A DNA stretch of 62,587 nt, counting the filler, from Basidioascus undulatus (lineage: Eukaryota): the NCBI GenBank assembly GCA_000826855.1. It is 6 parts of 6 records of this genome, joined end to end, with 100 filler letters (N's around TTAATTAATTAA, not from the genome) between each part and the next. Parts side by side here need not be neighbours in the genome. Positions count along the whole stretch, not along the records: positions 50,097 to 56,296 come from JTLS01001790.1; positions 56,397 to 62,587 come from JTLS01001791.1; 4 more parts are not named here. One strand, written 5' to 3'. Both the position numbers and the translations under genes were made by a program. Every line of letters starts with the position of its first letter. Positions within the stretch are counted from its first letter, which is position 1. Below the pieces are notes generated by a model. The model worked only from the letters and a program-made list of their open reading frames with translations, did no database searches and had not been told where the DNA came from. Below are positions 51,187 to 62,587 of the stretch, in pieces.

Positions 51187-53511
51187 CCCTGAGGGTCTGC
51201 CGGGCAGCCGACTCGCATGGGGGTGGCAGTCGCAACTGAAGGGCAGAAGAGACACATTCTGCCTTACTTGAGCAAACGCAGGCTTTCTAGAAAATTTGTT
51301 CAAGACCACACTGGTCCGGCTGGAAAATAAAGGAATGCTTTGCGGCTGACTGCCGACGAATCATCCGGCAGCCTGCAAGCAGGTACGTCCGTCGCCTTGC
51401 AGTGCAGTGGGAAGCACCTCAACTGAGGGCACGCAGAGTCGAGGAAGCTGCCCCATAATAAATAGAGATTTTTATGCATTTAAAGGGTTCGACTAACCTT
51501 GTCTCCGCGTACGTGTCATCTTTCGTAACCGCAGAGAAGGGGTGGCCCATCAAGCTTGCTTGTTGATTTGCTGTGGCCTGCTACCGGACAATTCTTTACT
51601 GATACGTATGTGACTGAAAGATCCTGTATGATGTAAGCCCCGCAAGACCACTTCCTCGATCATCGTATTGTGGCCTGGCAGAGGCGGACGACAGAGTACT
51701 TGAGGTATCACAGCCTGGTGTCTGAGAGGAACGTATTGTTTGACCTGGCTTGTCACAGTATCTGGATAGATTATTTGCTAGACCGTAAGCTTTGGTGAGA
51801 TTTTTAAGGACCGGAATGCGAGTGCCGTAACTTGTAGTGCGAAGCCGCTTGACGGCGGTTCAAAAAAGCTTGAAAAGTCAGGTTGAGCCGCAGATGGAAG
51901 TGGGCTTCCTTTTCTGAGGTGTTGTAACAACAGAAACTTACCAGAACGAATGAGAGCTTTCTAACTTCTGAGTGGCACAGGAATGACCTCAGCCGCACTA
52001 AGCGTCGTCTGAAAAGAACGTCGCATCTCCGCACTGTACCATGCCGTGGCTTGGCAATGAGCATCCCGTCGGCCCCTTAGGATGCAATTCCTTGTGAAAA
52101 TGTGCGTTTCTTATAATGACATGCTGTTGCCGGCAAATGCTACATGTGGCAAGTCTTACGGTGGCAGCGCAGGTGTGATCGAGGATGGAGTTGCATGACT
52201 TCCGAGACTCGAACCGCCATGCAAGTTTACCTGGCCCCACAGTCGTCGAGGACTTTCGCATTCAAATTTGCACTGAAAGAGAAAAAAAGTATGCAGTCAG
52301 GCTAACACTAATCAAAGCCACACGTAATCGGCGAGGCGTCGATGCATCTTGCCCTCTTACCCTCACCGTCTCGTCTTCCTCAATGCTCGTCCCCTTCTGA
52401 CCTCCCCCGGGGCCCCAAGCCTTCATATCTCGCCGCAGAACTCGCGTGTTTTGACGGACTCCAGACTCTCAGTCTCGTCATCGCCCACTGGAAGTCCAGA
52501 AACGCTACTCCGCTGACGCCTTTTGCGCATAGCTTGCGCGACGGCACGTCCATCCAAGCGATCGCCGTTGGTAGCAGATCGGACTCATGCATCCAAGTTT
52601 TGTGATTCCGGCGGGGAAATGGTATCCCGGGTTCGAGGGGTGTTGTATCATAAGATGAAGTCTTCGTTTGACTGCTGCATGACTACGAGGCAGATGGGCT
52701 GCTTTTGGAAGGTCACCTCCCTCCTGGGCTGTCTCATCTCTTGGCGATCAGTCAGCTAATGCAGACATCCAATGTAGCATTCGCTTTGGGGTTAGCGATA
52801 CAAATGTCGTTGAGCTCATTGTTGTGGTGGCCGATAGAATCCTGCAACTCGTACTCTACTCGAGCAACAAATCTGCCTCTCGACATCGACTCGTGGGCTT
52901 TGGTGGGCAAGTGCATAACTCGCACAATGGCAGTCTCATTCCCGCACTTCAACGAATGGGCAACCGATTTATTGGTTCCGCTATGAAAGCTATCTGTAGA
53001 AATGCAGTCACTGTGACGAGTAAGTGTTGGCTCCGGTCATTGGAAAGCGGAGATGCTCTTGAGTCAAAATTGTTACCCGAAGGCGAGCTCAAGGCATGAC
53101 GAGATTCTCTCCCTGAAGTTTCAGCTCCTACTGTAACCAGGTCTTGAACCATCTAGGGCGAAGGTACGGCAAGTGAGCCTGGCTGGAGCAGAATTGACCT
53201 GACGACACGCTCAACCAGCTTAATGTGGACACATCCGACGTTGAAGAAGGTATCTCCTGACTCCCAAATGGCTCTAATTATATTTTTTACACACATAGCC
53301 AGTTACATTAATGTGTGGGGCGGCCTGACGGCTGTGCAATGTGAGTGACTAATCTTCCCGAGGCTGAGATACAACATCGCCTTGACAGGCTGCCTTGGTA
53401 AGCGGTGACCGGTCTCTGGCATGAAACACCGAGCAGCGGCCAAATAAAAGTGAGGATGTCCACAAGTCCAGTTGTGCAAGTTCCCGATTCACAGTCGAAA
53501 CAGTCGCAGCC

Positions 53512-55040
53512 ATGTCAACCGCCGCTTCTTCCTGCTTCAACCCGCTCGACCCATCGTCTTTAATCGACGGTCTTGTGTACGACTACTTTGACTCCAGCTT
53601 AGCAGTCCAAGCGCCAAGGGACAACACGACTCTTCTTTTGCGGGCGTCCCGGACGGTGGCTGGTTCGCTCTCGTTTCTAGGCTGCGGTCATCGAGGAGGT
53701 TCTGCTGAAGCAGCTGTATAGGTACGGCTGGCGCAAGCAGATTGAGCCTTGGACGGAATAGGGCTTTCGGGTCCTCGCTCCTGCTCTGCCGGTGTACTAT
53801 GGAAGCGGTGTTGATGTGACGACCGACCAGCTCACCACGGACTTGAAGCGCTTCGGACACAAATCGATCTCGAAGAACTTGATCACTTTGCTGGTAGGTG
53901 ATGCAAGCGGGTTGCACTTTGGAGTTACCGGGAATTTGCTCATGCCCGGTCCATCAGGACTCGCTTGACGTTAAACAGGTCATCGCTTTGGGGCACGACT
54001 GGGGCGCACCTTGCTCTGGTGTTTGGTCTTGTACCACCCCGAGCGGGTATTCGGCGCTGAAGGCTAATCCAGAAAGTTTCCAAGACCCTCTTTCTTCATA
54101 TTTCGATCCTATGGCGTTCCACAGGCTCTGTATACCGTACAACCCGCCGATATGCGCGATGACCGCGTTGTTAAAGAACGAAACTGATGAGATTACTAAT
54201 GCCAGTCAAAGGAACACGTACCCCTCGAAGCTCTTCTCAGGAAGCTCCCTGACTTCATGGGGTACTTAAACGACCCGAAGTCGACCGCCGAAGCTCGGTG
54301 CAACGTACGTTTCCCCCATCTTATGACCTCGTCTCCCCAAACTTCCGGCTTTGAGCAGCTTAAGGGTCTTTCTACAGCTCGAGCTATTCCTCAACATCAT
54401 GTACCGCAAAGGAGCACACATGGAGGAGAACCTCCTCCGCCTCGGGTGACTTGACGCGCTAGCTGCGAGCAGCAAGGAAGTGCGCAAGACAGATGCGCTG
54501 ACAGACGCGGTGCGCAAGGAACTCATCCCCTTGCGATATGAAACTGAGAGTGGATCCGAGTAAGAGTTCTTGTTCTACCTCGATCAGTTCTCCAAGCACG
54601 GCATGGAGGGACCCGCTCAGCTGGACCATGTCTGGGAGACCAAGCACACCGAGGAGCAGGACACCCCCGACTTGCCGTCTGCCATCCTATCGCAGATTCC
54701 GGTGCTGTACCTGCACCCGACAGATGACCCTGTACTTCCAGTCTAGTACGTCTCCCAAAAAATCCCCTGTGCTCCCTCCCTCGTGATTTCTGACTCGCAC
54801 TCGTCGTCTCTGTTCAGCATCACCGAGCCGTACGTCGGTAAATTTCTCTAAAACCCAATGAGCCAGAACAAACAAGAGGACGTTGGAATAATTAGCATGA
54901 GAGGCATCGCCAAGGTTGTCTTAATCGAAGGCACCGGACACTTTGTGCAGTGGGAGCAGCCGGAGAAGGTTGAAGGAATTCGCGAGATGGGTGGAGGTGG
55001 GCACCAAGCCGCCTGCCACGGCTGCCTGAGGTTTCATGAG
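53512..55040 (+). pseudogene. Alpha/beta hydrolase (soluble epoxide hydrolase-like), frameshifted
   Basis: Broken HG-x-PD motif at ~53640; GHDWGA nucleophile elbow at ~53991 followed by a frameshift (LYHPERV in another frame); IPVLYLHPTDDPVL; EGTGHFVQWEQPEKV. Confidence 0.8.
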
Positions 55041-55303
55041 TAGTCCAGAGGGAACACACATTCATGGATGAGATGTGGTCCATGCGATTCATGTAGCGGC
55101 TAGGGTGCAAGCTGTGGGTGTTCGACGCCCGCATGACTGCAAGCAGCGTTAACCTTAGGAGCGAGCGGCGAGGTCTGCAAGCTTGCTGGAAGATATATTT
55201 GGGTTAAAGCGTAACGGCTTCTTCTTCTGAATTTGGCGCACGCGCGAGCATGCACACGCCCAGAGCGCCTATAAGCCAATCAATGCCTCCTGCCTCCTCC
55301 CCG

Positions 55304-56296
55304 CTACCCTCTCCTCAACCGGACCTTGAACGCGTTCCCGCACCGGTTCCGCGTGTCGACGTAATGTTCATAAAATCCAACCTCAAACGCCTCGGGTTTG
55401 AAGCCAAACTTATTGTAAAGAAGCTGCACCTCGCTCCCTGTTAGCCATGGAAGGAAGGGAGGGAAGGGATCGCGCACCATCGCCGGGCTGTCGGCCGAGA
55501 CGTGCAGGGTGATGTCCACTTGCGGGTTAGAGGTGATGAGGTGGTAGAGCATGAATCTGAGTAAAATTGAGAGGGTGAGACAGCAGATGAGGAAGTGGGG
55601 AAGAGGGGAAGAGATGGGGCAAACGGACTTTGCGATCCCCGCGCCCTCCCACCCCGCACGCACAGCGATGTACTGCACGTACCCCTCCTCGGGGCTGCTC
55701 AGAAGCGCGACGCCTACGACCAGCCGCTTGAAGAGCGCGACGATCGTGCACTGCTCGGCAGCGTAGTCGAGACTTGATGACACTGCTTCCTCCAGCGCGG
55801 TTTCAGTTTCGGTTGGGTGGGAGAGAGATGGTTGGGGTAGGTGAGCATACCATTGATGCCCAGCCAGAACGTGCGCGCGAGGAGGTCGTGCACTTGTGGG
55901 AGGTCGGAGGGGAGGAGCGGGCGGTAGTCGATCGGCGCGGGGGAGAAGGGCGGGCTATCGCGGTCCGGGCTACGTGAACGAACATCGATCAGCCCATTCA
56001 ACTGCAAACAGAGAAGAAACTGCATTCACTGCATAAGCGCATGATGTCTCCCCACATCTTCCATCAGCGCGCACCACCCCGCGCGCGCATGCGCCTCCCA
56101 GTCCCGCCAGAGCAGCCGCTCGTCGTGCCCCGCGCGCCAGGCGCTCGCGCCGTACAGCCTGCGCGCGAAGGAGCACTCGTACGGCGTGCGGGTTGGGAGG
56201 GCGTCGAGCACGCCGGGCGGGGGAGGATGCAGGGGAGGTGGGGCCATGGGAAGGACGCGCGTGGTGCGGGGGAGGGAGGGGTAAGGGGCGAGCGAG
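55304..56296 (-). CDS. GNAT acetyltransferase resembling KAT14/CSRP2BP/ATAC2; 5' end lost in gap
   Basis: PIDYRPL...FWLGI, GIAK|FMLYHLI...DITLHVSADSPAM|LLYNKFGFKPEAFEVGFYEHY...NAFKVRLRR matches the KAT14 C-terminal pattern. Confidence 0.85.
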
Positions 56297-56396
56297 NNNN
56301 NNNNNNNNNNNNNNNNNNNNNNNNNNNNNNNNNNNNNNNNTTAATTAATTAANNNNNNNNNNNNNNNNNNNNNNNNNNNNNNNNNNNNNNNNNNNN
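56297..56396. other. Artificial contig linker
   Basis: N-TTAATTAATTAA-N. Confidence 0.98.
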
Positions 56397-58350
56397 TCCC
56401 GCGTGCGCCCATCCCCCCCGCCGGCATCCCCTGCGGCGGCAGGATCCCCATCTGCATCGCCTTCGCCTCCGCGTCCGCCTTCTCCTGAAGCTGTGCTTGG
56501 CCGAGTGCGTACTCGCCGCGCTCTAGCCGCCAGCGGTTGAAGGCGGAGAGGACGACGTCATCGACTAGGAACCTGGGAGCAAGGGATTAGGAGGGTGGTG
56601 GAGGGAAAGGGAGAGAGAGGGGGGAAAGGTGGTGGAGGAGGAGGAGGAGGGGACGCACGGGTACTGCAGACACCAGGTCTCGGAGAGCTCCCAGTTGAGG
56701 TGGTCCATTACGTCCTGGGGGTGAGAAGAAGACTCAGGATGAGCGCCAAATGCAAGAGAGGGGACCAGCAGAGCGCTGCGACGAACCTCGCCGTGGATTG
56801 TCAGAGACGCGAGCAGCGAGTGGCAGGCTTCGTGGAGGTTGTACTGGCCTGCTCGAGCCGCGTCATCAGCATACCATATCCAAGGAGAAAGTGAAAGACA
56901 AGGAGGAAAGCGGAGACCCACCGCTGTGCAGGATCATGCGCTCGCGGATGCCGGGTATGGGGATGGCGTCGAGGAGGGGGTCTGCCGGGGTATATCAAGT
57001 AGGTCAACGAGCACGCTGCATGGGACGGAAGAGGAAGGACAAACCGTGCGGGACCATGCGCTGTGGCATTGTGGGCTTGAGCGAGGGCGGCAGGACGTAC
57101 GAGGGGTCGTTCTTGTAGCTTCGTTGGATTCGAAAGGCATTTCGAATGAGCGGTCGTCTGAAGTTTCAATGCGAGAAGGAAAAAGCAGACTTTTCGAGCT
57201 GGTAGAGAACCAGTTGGACGGCCTGATGTATCTTCGAAGGAGAGTGCTGCTCGCGTCCTGGCGTCAGTGCGGCTGACCTGGTTCGTGATGCGGCGGGGAG
57301 ACACAAGCACACCTCGAGGGACTTGACCACGTCCGCCAGTGTCAGAGGCTTCTGCTGCTGCTGCTGCTGCTGCGAGTACTCCTGCTGGCCGGCCTGCTGC
57401 CCTGGCGCGCCTTCCCTCCCCGCCGCATGGTGCCTCTCGACGTCACGCATAAGCCCAGGGGCAAGTAGCGAATCGAGCGGGCCGCTCCCCACGCCAACGC
57501 CCATCCCGCCCATCCCGCTCCCCGCGCCCAGCAGCGTCTGCAGCGCGCTCGCAGCGTCCAGCGCGTCGCTGTCGTGCTTGCGGCGCTTCTTGCTCGGCTC
57601 CGAGGCCGCCCCCCCGCCGGAGGAGGAGGCGGCGGGGGAGGTAGAGGAGAGGGCGGACTCGAAAGGCTGGGGGGAGGCGTCTGAGGGGCCGACGAGGGAG
57701 GCGAGGTCCGAGGGGGAGAGCGACAGCGAGGAGAGGCACGAGCCTGCGCCCGTTGAGATGAAGTTGCTGGAAGACAGGAGGTGCGTGAGACTCGGAAACT
57801 AGGTGACTGTCGAGGGCTGGGATGAAGGTGGATGGACATACGAGAGAGTGCCGATTATCCCCCGCAGGCGGTTGTTCTCCCCGTGCAGCGCGTGGCAGAC
57901 GGCGCGGAGCTGCTGGAGCTGCTCGGACGGGGTCGCCTCGAGGAGGGCGACCTTGGCTTCGAGGTCCTTGATCTGCTCACATTCAGAGTGTTCAGTAAAA
58001 TGCCCATGAAGTAAACAGGGTATGGCCGAACACACATATTGCTGTTTACGCTGGCGGAACTCTCTACACTCCCCATCGCTTCATAACAACCTCGCAGGGC
58101 CGCGCTGTGACGGAGACGAACGCACTTCTGGGCAATCCGGTTCTGCTCCTTCCTCTGCGCTACCGACCTGCAGCCCACGACGATCAATGCTAGCCCCTCA
58201 TTCCCACAGTAAGGTGGAAGATCAATATCGTACTCGGGGTTCTTGCCCTTCCGTCCGCCCTTGCCCTTCTATCCTCCCACAACGTCCATCAGAGCAATCT
58301 TCTCCTCACACTCCGGATCATCCACGCACGTCTGCGGCATCCCCGCCCAT
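56397..58350 (-). CDS. bZIP transcription factor with a C-terminal DUF3425-like domain; 3' end lost in gap
   Basis: RKEQNRIAQK|EFRQRKQQY|IKDLEAKVALLE; LPPSLKPTMPQRMVPH, LDAIPIPGIRERMI, NWELSETW, NRWRLERGE. Confidence 0.85.
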
Positions 58351-58622
58351 AAGTTCATCGTCGGAAAAGTGCTGATCTTGTGAAGGCGATGCGCTGCTCA
58401 TTTTGCAACCGCTCGATAAGGGTTGATTGGGTGGGTGGGATGAGGAGATGGTGCTGACGAGAGGGAAAGAGGGGCACGATCTGTGACGTGACGCCAACCC
58501 TCGCGTGCTGTGCGCGAACGACTCAGCCGACGGCTGCCGCCCTGGCCTGGCTCTTGCTCCTGATCCTCAACCACAACACACTCATTTCCATCTTCTCGAC
58601 TCTTTATTTCCTACACTCAACC

Positions 58623-60114
58623 ATGCCGACCCTCCGACCGCGCCCACTCGCCCGGATCCTCCCCAAATTACCCCCTCACTACCCACCTCTCGCTCGGCCA
58701 CCCCCTTTCCTCCGCTCCTACCGCTCCCATCCGACCATCCACCTCCCACTCGCAAACGCCTCCAACACCTCCCCCCAACCACGAGAAATCACGCTCCACC
58801 CCTCCGCAAGCCCCTCCGCATCATCCTACAACTCCTCCGACGCATCCTCCTCAGATAGCGATAGCAGCAGCAGCGGGGGAGGGGGCGGCGGCGATGATGG
58901 GCCGCCGAGCAACTTGCCGTCGCCACCGCAGCCGAATGGAGGGCCGAGCGGGAGCGAAGGAGGATTCTGGGCTAGGAGAGACTATCATCCGTTCGATACG
59001 CATCGCTTTGTGCGGCGGTTACAGGGCGCGGGACTGCCGGAGGGGGCAGCAGAGGGCGTTATGCGGGCGACACGGTGCGTCTCCCTCCACCCTCCCTACC
59101 CATTCATTGGCGTATCGAGCTGATAGGGCATTATATCTGATCTCTCTGCTGCTCGGTCATCTCTCGAATAACAGCGCTCTCATCACCCAGCACGCCCACC
59201 TCGCGCGCTCCACCCTCCTCTCCAAAGCCGACCTCGAGAACGTGCGTCCCCGCGCGCCCTCCCCTCCCTCCTCTCTCTCCTAACACCCCCCTGCCCAACA
59301 GGCCGCCTACCTCTTCAAAGCCGCGCTCTCCGAGCTGCGCACCGAGCTCTCCGTGCGGGGCCGCTCCGACGCGGCGACCCTCCGGAGCGTGACGGCCGTC
59401 GTTGCGCGCGAGGTGGACAACTTGGGGCAGAAGATGAAGGAGGACATGGCGATGCTGAAGAATGAGTGAGTGGGCTAGGGCGGGAGGTGGCGTGGTGGGG
59501 AGATGCGGAGCTGATTGACGGTGGGTGGGCGCGAGGCGGTAGTATACAGCTGGATATGAATAATAGGAAGGAAGAGACGCAGACGGAGTCGAAGGCATTT
59601 GAGATGAACGTCCAGGTGCGTCTTTACCGGTCCCGCAGTCAGGGAGGCGGCGGCTCACGTTGGCGGACACGCGATCAGACACTCAACAACCGCATCACGA
59701 TCATCCTCGGCGATGTCCGGTGAGCCTTCTCTCCGCCCCGCTATCCCTCCTCCTCATAGCACACCTCCGCCTATTCATCTAACCCTCCTTCCTACCCCCC
59801 TACGCCTCCAGAACCGAGATCGAGCGCCGCAAATGGTCTGTCCTGTCCCCATCCCCTGCCCCTCCCATCTCCCTGCTTTCTTCTCCTCTTCCTCCTCATC
59901 TTACATTCTTCCGCTTCTTTCCAGGGATATAACAATCCGCGTCTTCGCCATCATCCTCTTCGAAGGCGTGCTCTTCACAGGCCTCATCCTCTTCACAGCG
60001 CCGGACGCACCCGCCCCGCCCAAGGCGGCACACGTCCCCGCTGTGGAGACGCGGCTGCCTACGGCGGAGGAGCTGGGGATTCGGCCGACGGAGGAGGACG
60101 AGCGTATCATTTGA
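58623..60114 (+). CDS. DUF1640/CCDC90 (MCUR1, Put6/Put7-like) mitochondrial coiled-coil membrane protein
   Basis: Presequence-like N-terminus; HPFDTHRFVRRL; SKADLEN|AAYLFKAALSELRTE; DMNNRKEE; C-terminal TM VFAIILFEGVLFTGLILF. Confidence 0.88.
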
Positions 60115-60383
60115 CGGCGGGCGGGAGTAGAGATTAGGGGGGGGCGGGATGGATTCGCAGGTGTCGTTGCAGCTGTGTGGGCATGTTTGTGAGTGGTGCA
60201 GAAGCGGGAAGCAGTGTTTGATTGTAGTTCAGAATGCCGAGAGGCATGCGTGGGCTAAATGAGCTGTCAGATCTTTGTGTTCACACTCAGACAATCCCAA
60301 GTCTGGTTGTATGACGTTCAGTTGTTCGGGTGGAGTCCTGGGCCTTCTGCTCCTTTAACTGTCATAGCCATAGTTTTAGATCT

Positions 60384-60570
60384 CCCACTGAAAATCAACT
60401 TCTCAGCTGTTGAAAAATTTCAACAGATATTCTGGTGGGGCCCTTCTGCTGATATTCAACACAAATACTATCCATTTGCAGCACTTTCTCAGCAATGATC
60501 AACAAAAGATCAATGAAAACCAATGTTCTATTTTTTCTTAATTACTCAACACCTGATGATTTTCAGTGGG
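60384..60570. mobile_element. MITE-like non-autonomous DNA element with 14-bp terminal inverted repeats
   Basis: CCCACTGAAAATCA at 60384-60397 and TGATTTTCAGTGGG at 60557-60570 are exact reverse complements; AT-rich, CpG-free interior; TTAA on the right flank only. Confidence 0.65.
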
Positions 60571-61067
60571 TTAAGCGTGGATTATCAGCACCTGAGTGGT
60601 TGACATTCAACACTACAATTTCCCACCATGTCATGGCTCAAGTGCGCTGCTACCTATAGTGACAACAGAGCCTGGTAAAGTGCGTGTTTCACATGGGTTT
60701 CAGATTGTATGATTGAGTGAACCATTTTGACGAAGGCGGAGAAGCATAGAGCCAACATTTTCTGGAATATTGAACAACCTACCAGTGGTTCACAGACTAC
60801 TCAAAAGTAGCAAGAACGATGGCATTGGCCAGAGGAGAGAGGGGTGACCAGTGGGGTGATGTGAGTGTTTGTGTCTGTTTTTCCTTTAATCTTCTGTTAG
60901 CTTTCTGGAGCCAGATGGGCACATAACACAGCCAGCCAAGTCACACTTGGACCACAGTTGGACAGTGTGAATCTTGGATGCAGAGTGGATGTCCAGTTGG
61001 AGGGCACTTGTGCAATGTTCTTGCTTGCAGCCATGTAGTTGACTCTTTGCCCATGCACCAATATCAT

Positions 61068-62247
61068 TCATTTCCGGCGCTTCGCATCCGCCGGTACTTG
61101 GTCTCTCTCCGCACCCTCCCGCACCCGCTGCTCCACCTCGCTCCGCACGAAGTCCCGTATCTCTTGCACCGCGGTGCGCACGAGATCGAGGGAGTGGAGG
61201 TACTACCGGTGGGGAAAAGGGAGAGGTCAACGTGTGGGCATGGGAGACGGAGTAGTAGGTGTAGGGAAAGACGGGTGCAGGAAGACGGGATAGGTCCCGA
61301 AGGGGGGAGAGAAAGCGAAGGAAAGCAGGTTTGAAGCTGCTAGAGTGAAGAAGGTTGATGACACACCTGCTCTTCCGAGAACACTCCTAGACTCTCAGCG
61401 CCCACCACCGTCCCCTCGTCGCCGCCCACTCCCGCGCCAAACGAGAACGCAAAGACGTGCGTGCTAAGCGCGCGGGCCTCCTCCATCGCAGTCGGGTCCA
61501 CGAGGAACACGACCTCCTCCCCCTGCCCCTCCTTCTCATCCTCCTGCATCCTCTCCGCCTCTTCCTCGCCGGGAAGGATAGCGTCCGGCAGGTGAGCAGG
61601 CAGTACCGCGACGCCCACGGCGTACACGACGCCGCGCATGCCCAGCGCGGCGTCCATACACGCCAGCGTGCCCGCGTTCACGGTCGCAGCCTTTTCGGAG
61701 ATGGGGAGCGCGGGGAAGGTGGAGGACTGGGAGGTGGGGAGCGCGGGGGAGGAGAGCGTTTGGGAGACGAGCTGGATGAGCGAGCGCGGGTGGTGCGTCG
61801 TTAGGAGGAGGGGGGAGAGCGTCGAAGAGAGGAGTGCAGAGAGCGACTTTTGGGTGGTGCCTTTTAAGAAGAGACAAGAAGTAAGACCGAGGCGAAAGAG
61901 GAAAGGGAAGTGGACCGGATGGGACGCACCGGACACGCCTGGCAAGGACCGGACGGAGACTTCCACCGCCGCGCGGTCGACGAGCTCGTCACGTATCCTG
62001 ACCTCGGCGGGACCAGTCACGCTACAGAGGACCTGAACATCGCCTGCCCTCGCGTGTTCGATCGCATCAGCGAGGGCAAACGCCAGGAAAGGTGAACGAG
62101 AGAATGAGCCGTACCGAACGCGAAGGACGCGCTCCCATCCACGCGCCCGAGGGTGCCGAAAGAAGTGGAGAGCGGGCGGAGCTGATTCGGAAGCCGCTGG
62201 TCGGCGCGTAGGTTGCCTGGGGCAAGTGTGTGCGGCATGCTGGTCAT
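61068..62247 (-). CDS. RRP46: Exosome complex RNase PH-like subunit Rrp46
   Basis: RADQRLPNQLRPL...LGRVDGSASFAF|GDVQVLCSVTGP, HPRSLIQLVSQTL, NAGTLACMDA, LVDPTAMEE; last exon ends DAKRRK*. Confidence 0.9.
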
Positions 62248-62412
62248 GAAATGGTGTTGTGTCGAGAGAAGGAGCTGAGGTGGGCGAGGGAAACATTCCG
62301 CCCTTTCGGCGCGGCGAAGTCCCTCAAAGCCGATACTGAAATCAGGCCGAGCTTCTCGCCTCTGCCTGCCTTCTCGCTTCCCACCTTTCCTCAACCCAAA
62401 CCCACCGCGACC

Positions 62413-62587
62413 ATGTCCTTCCTCCCCCGCGCCGTCCTCCGCGCGCCCGCAGCACTCTCCAACGCGCGCACATATGTGACTCGCCCGATTCGGCGCAAGG
62501 ACCCGCTCTTCGGCCCGACAGCGACGCACCACGCCGTCTCGGATGGGTCGACGCTCATCCACCGCCCGCCGCCGTCCGCCCTCCTCC
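62413..62587 (+). CDS. MRPL20: Mitochondrial ribosomal protein mL58 (Mrpl20-like), 5' part
   Basis: Presequence MSFLPRAVLRAPAALSNARTY, then RKDPL...DGSTLIHRPPPSA; runs off the window. Confidence 0.65.
   Translation, partial: MSFLPRAVLRAPAALSNARTYVTRPIRRKDPLFGPTATHHAVSDGSTLIHRPPPSALL

Overview
Eukaryotic (fungal) nuclear DNA, most likely a basidiomycete of Pucciniomycotina type. This is inferred from the many short GT-AG introns with GTGCGT/GTACGT donors, the GC-rich exons and the gene families present. Five artificial 100-bp N/TTAATTAATTAA/N linkers join six contigs, so adjacency across them is unproven. Conserved spliced genes: SEC14, 5' SWR1, a RING E3, a 7TM protein, 3' ABP1, a Pcl-type cyclin, 3' DOA4/USP8, the PKA regulatory subunit, RPL43, mitochondrial bL12, a mannitol-dehydrogenase-type SDR, a KAT14-like GNAT, a bZIP-DUF3425 factor, a DUF1640 protein, RRP46 and 5' mL58. 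Between them lie decayed sequences: a LINE RT relic, CpG-stripped repeats, a MITE, paired BTB and F-box/LRR pseudogenes, and S10-peptidase and alpha/beta-hydrolase pseudogenes. The most notable items are a ~1.1-kb mitochondrial insertion (NUMT: endonuclease-like ORF, frameshifted nad4 3' end, tRNA-Ile GAU), a 15-bp element shared upstream of two mitoribosomal genes, a LINE 3' hairpin shared with an inverted second copy, and sharply bounded CpG-free islands. I found no convincing wholly new multi-gene system. All family assignments are from motif recognition, not database searches.
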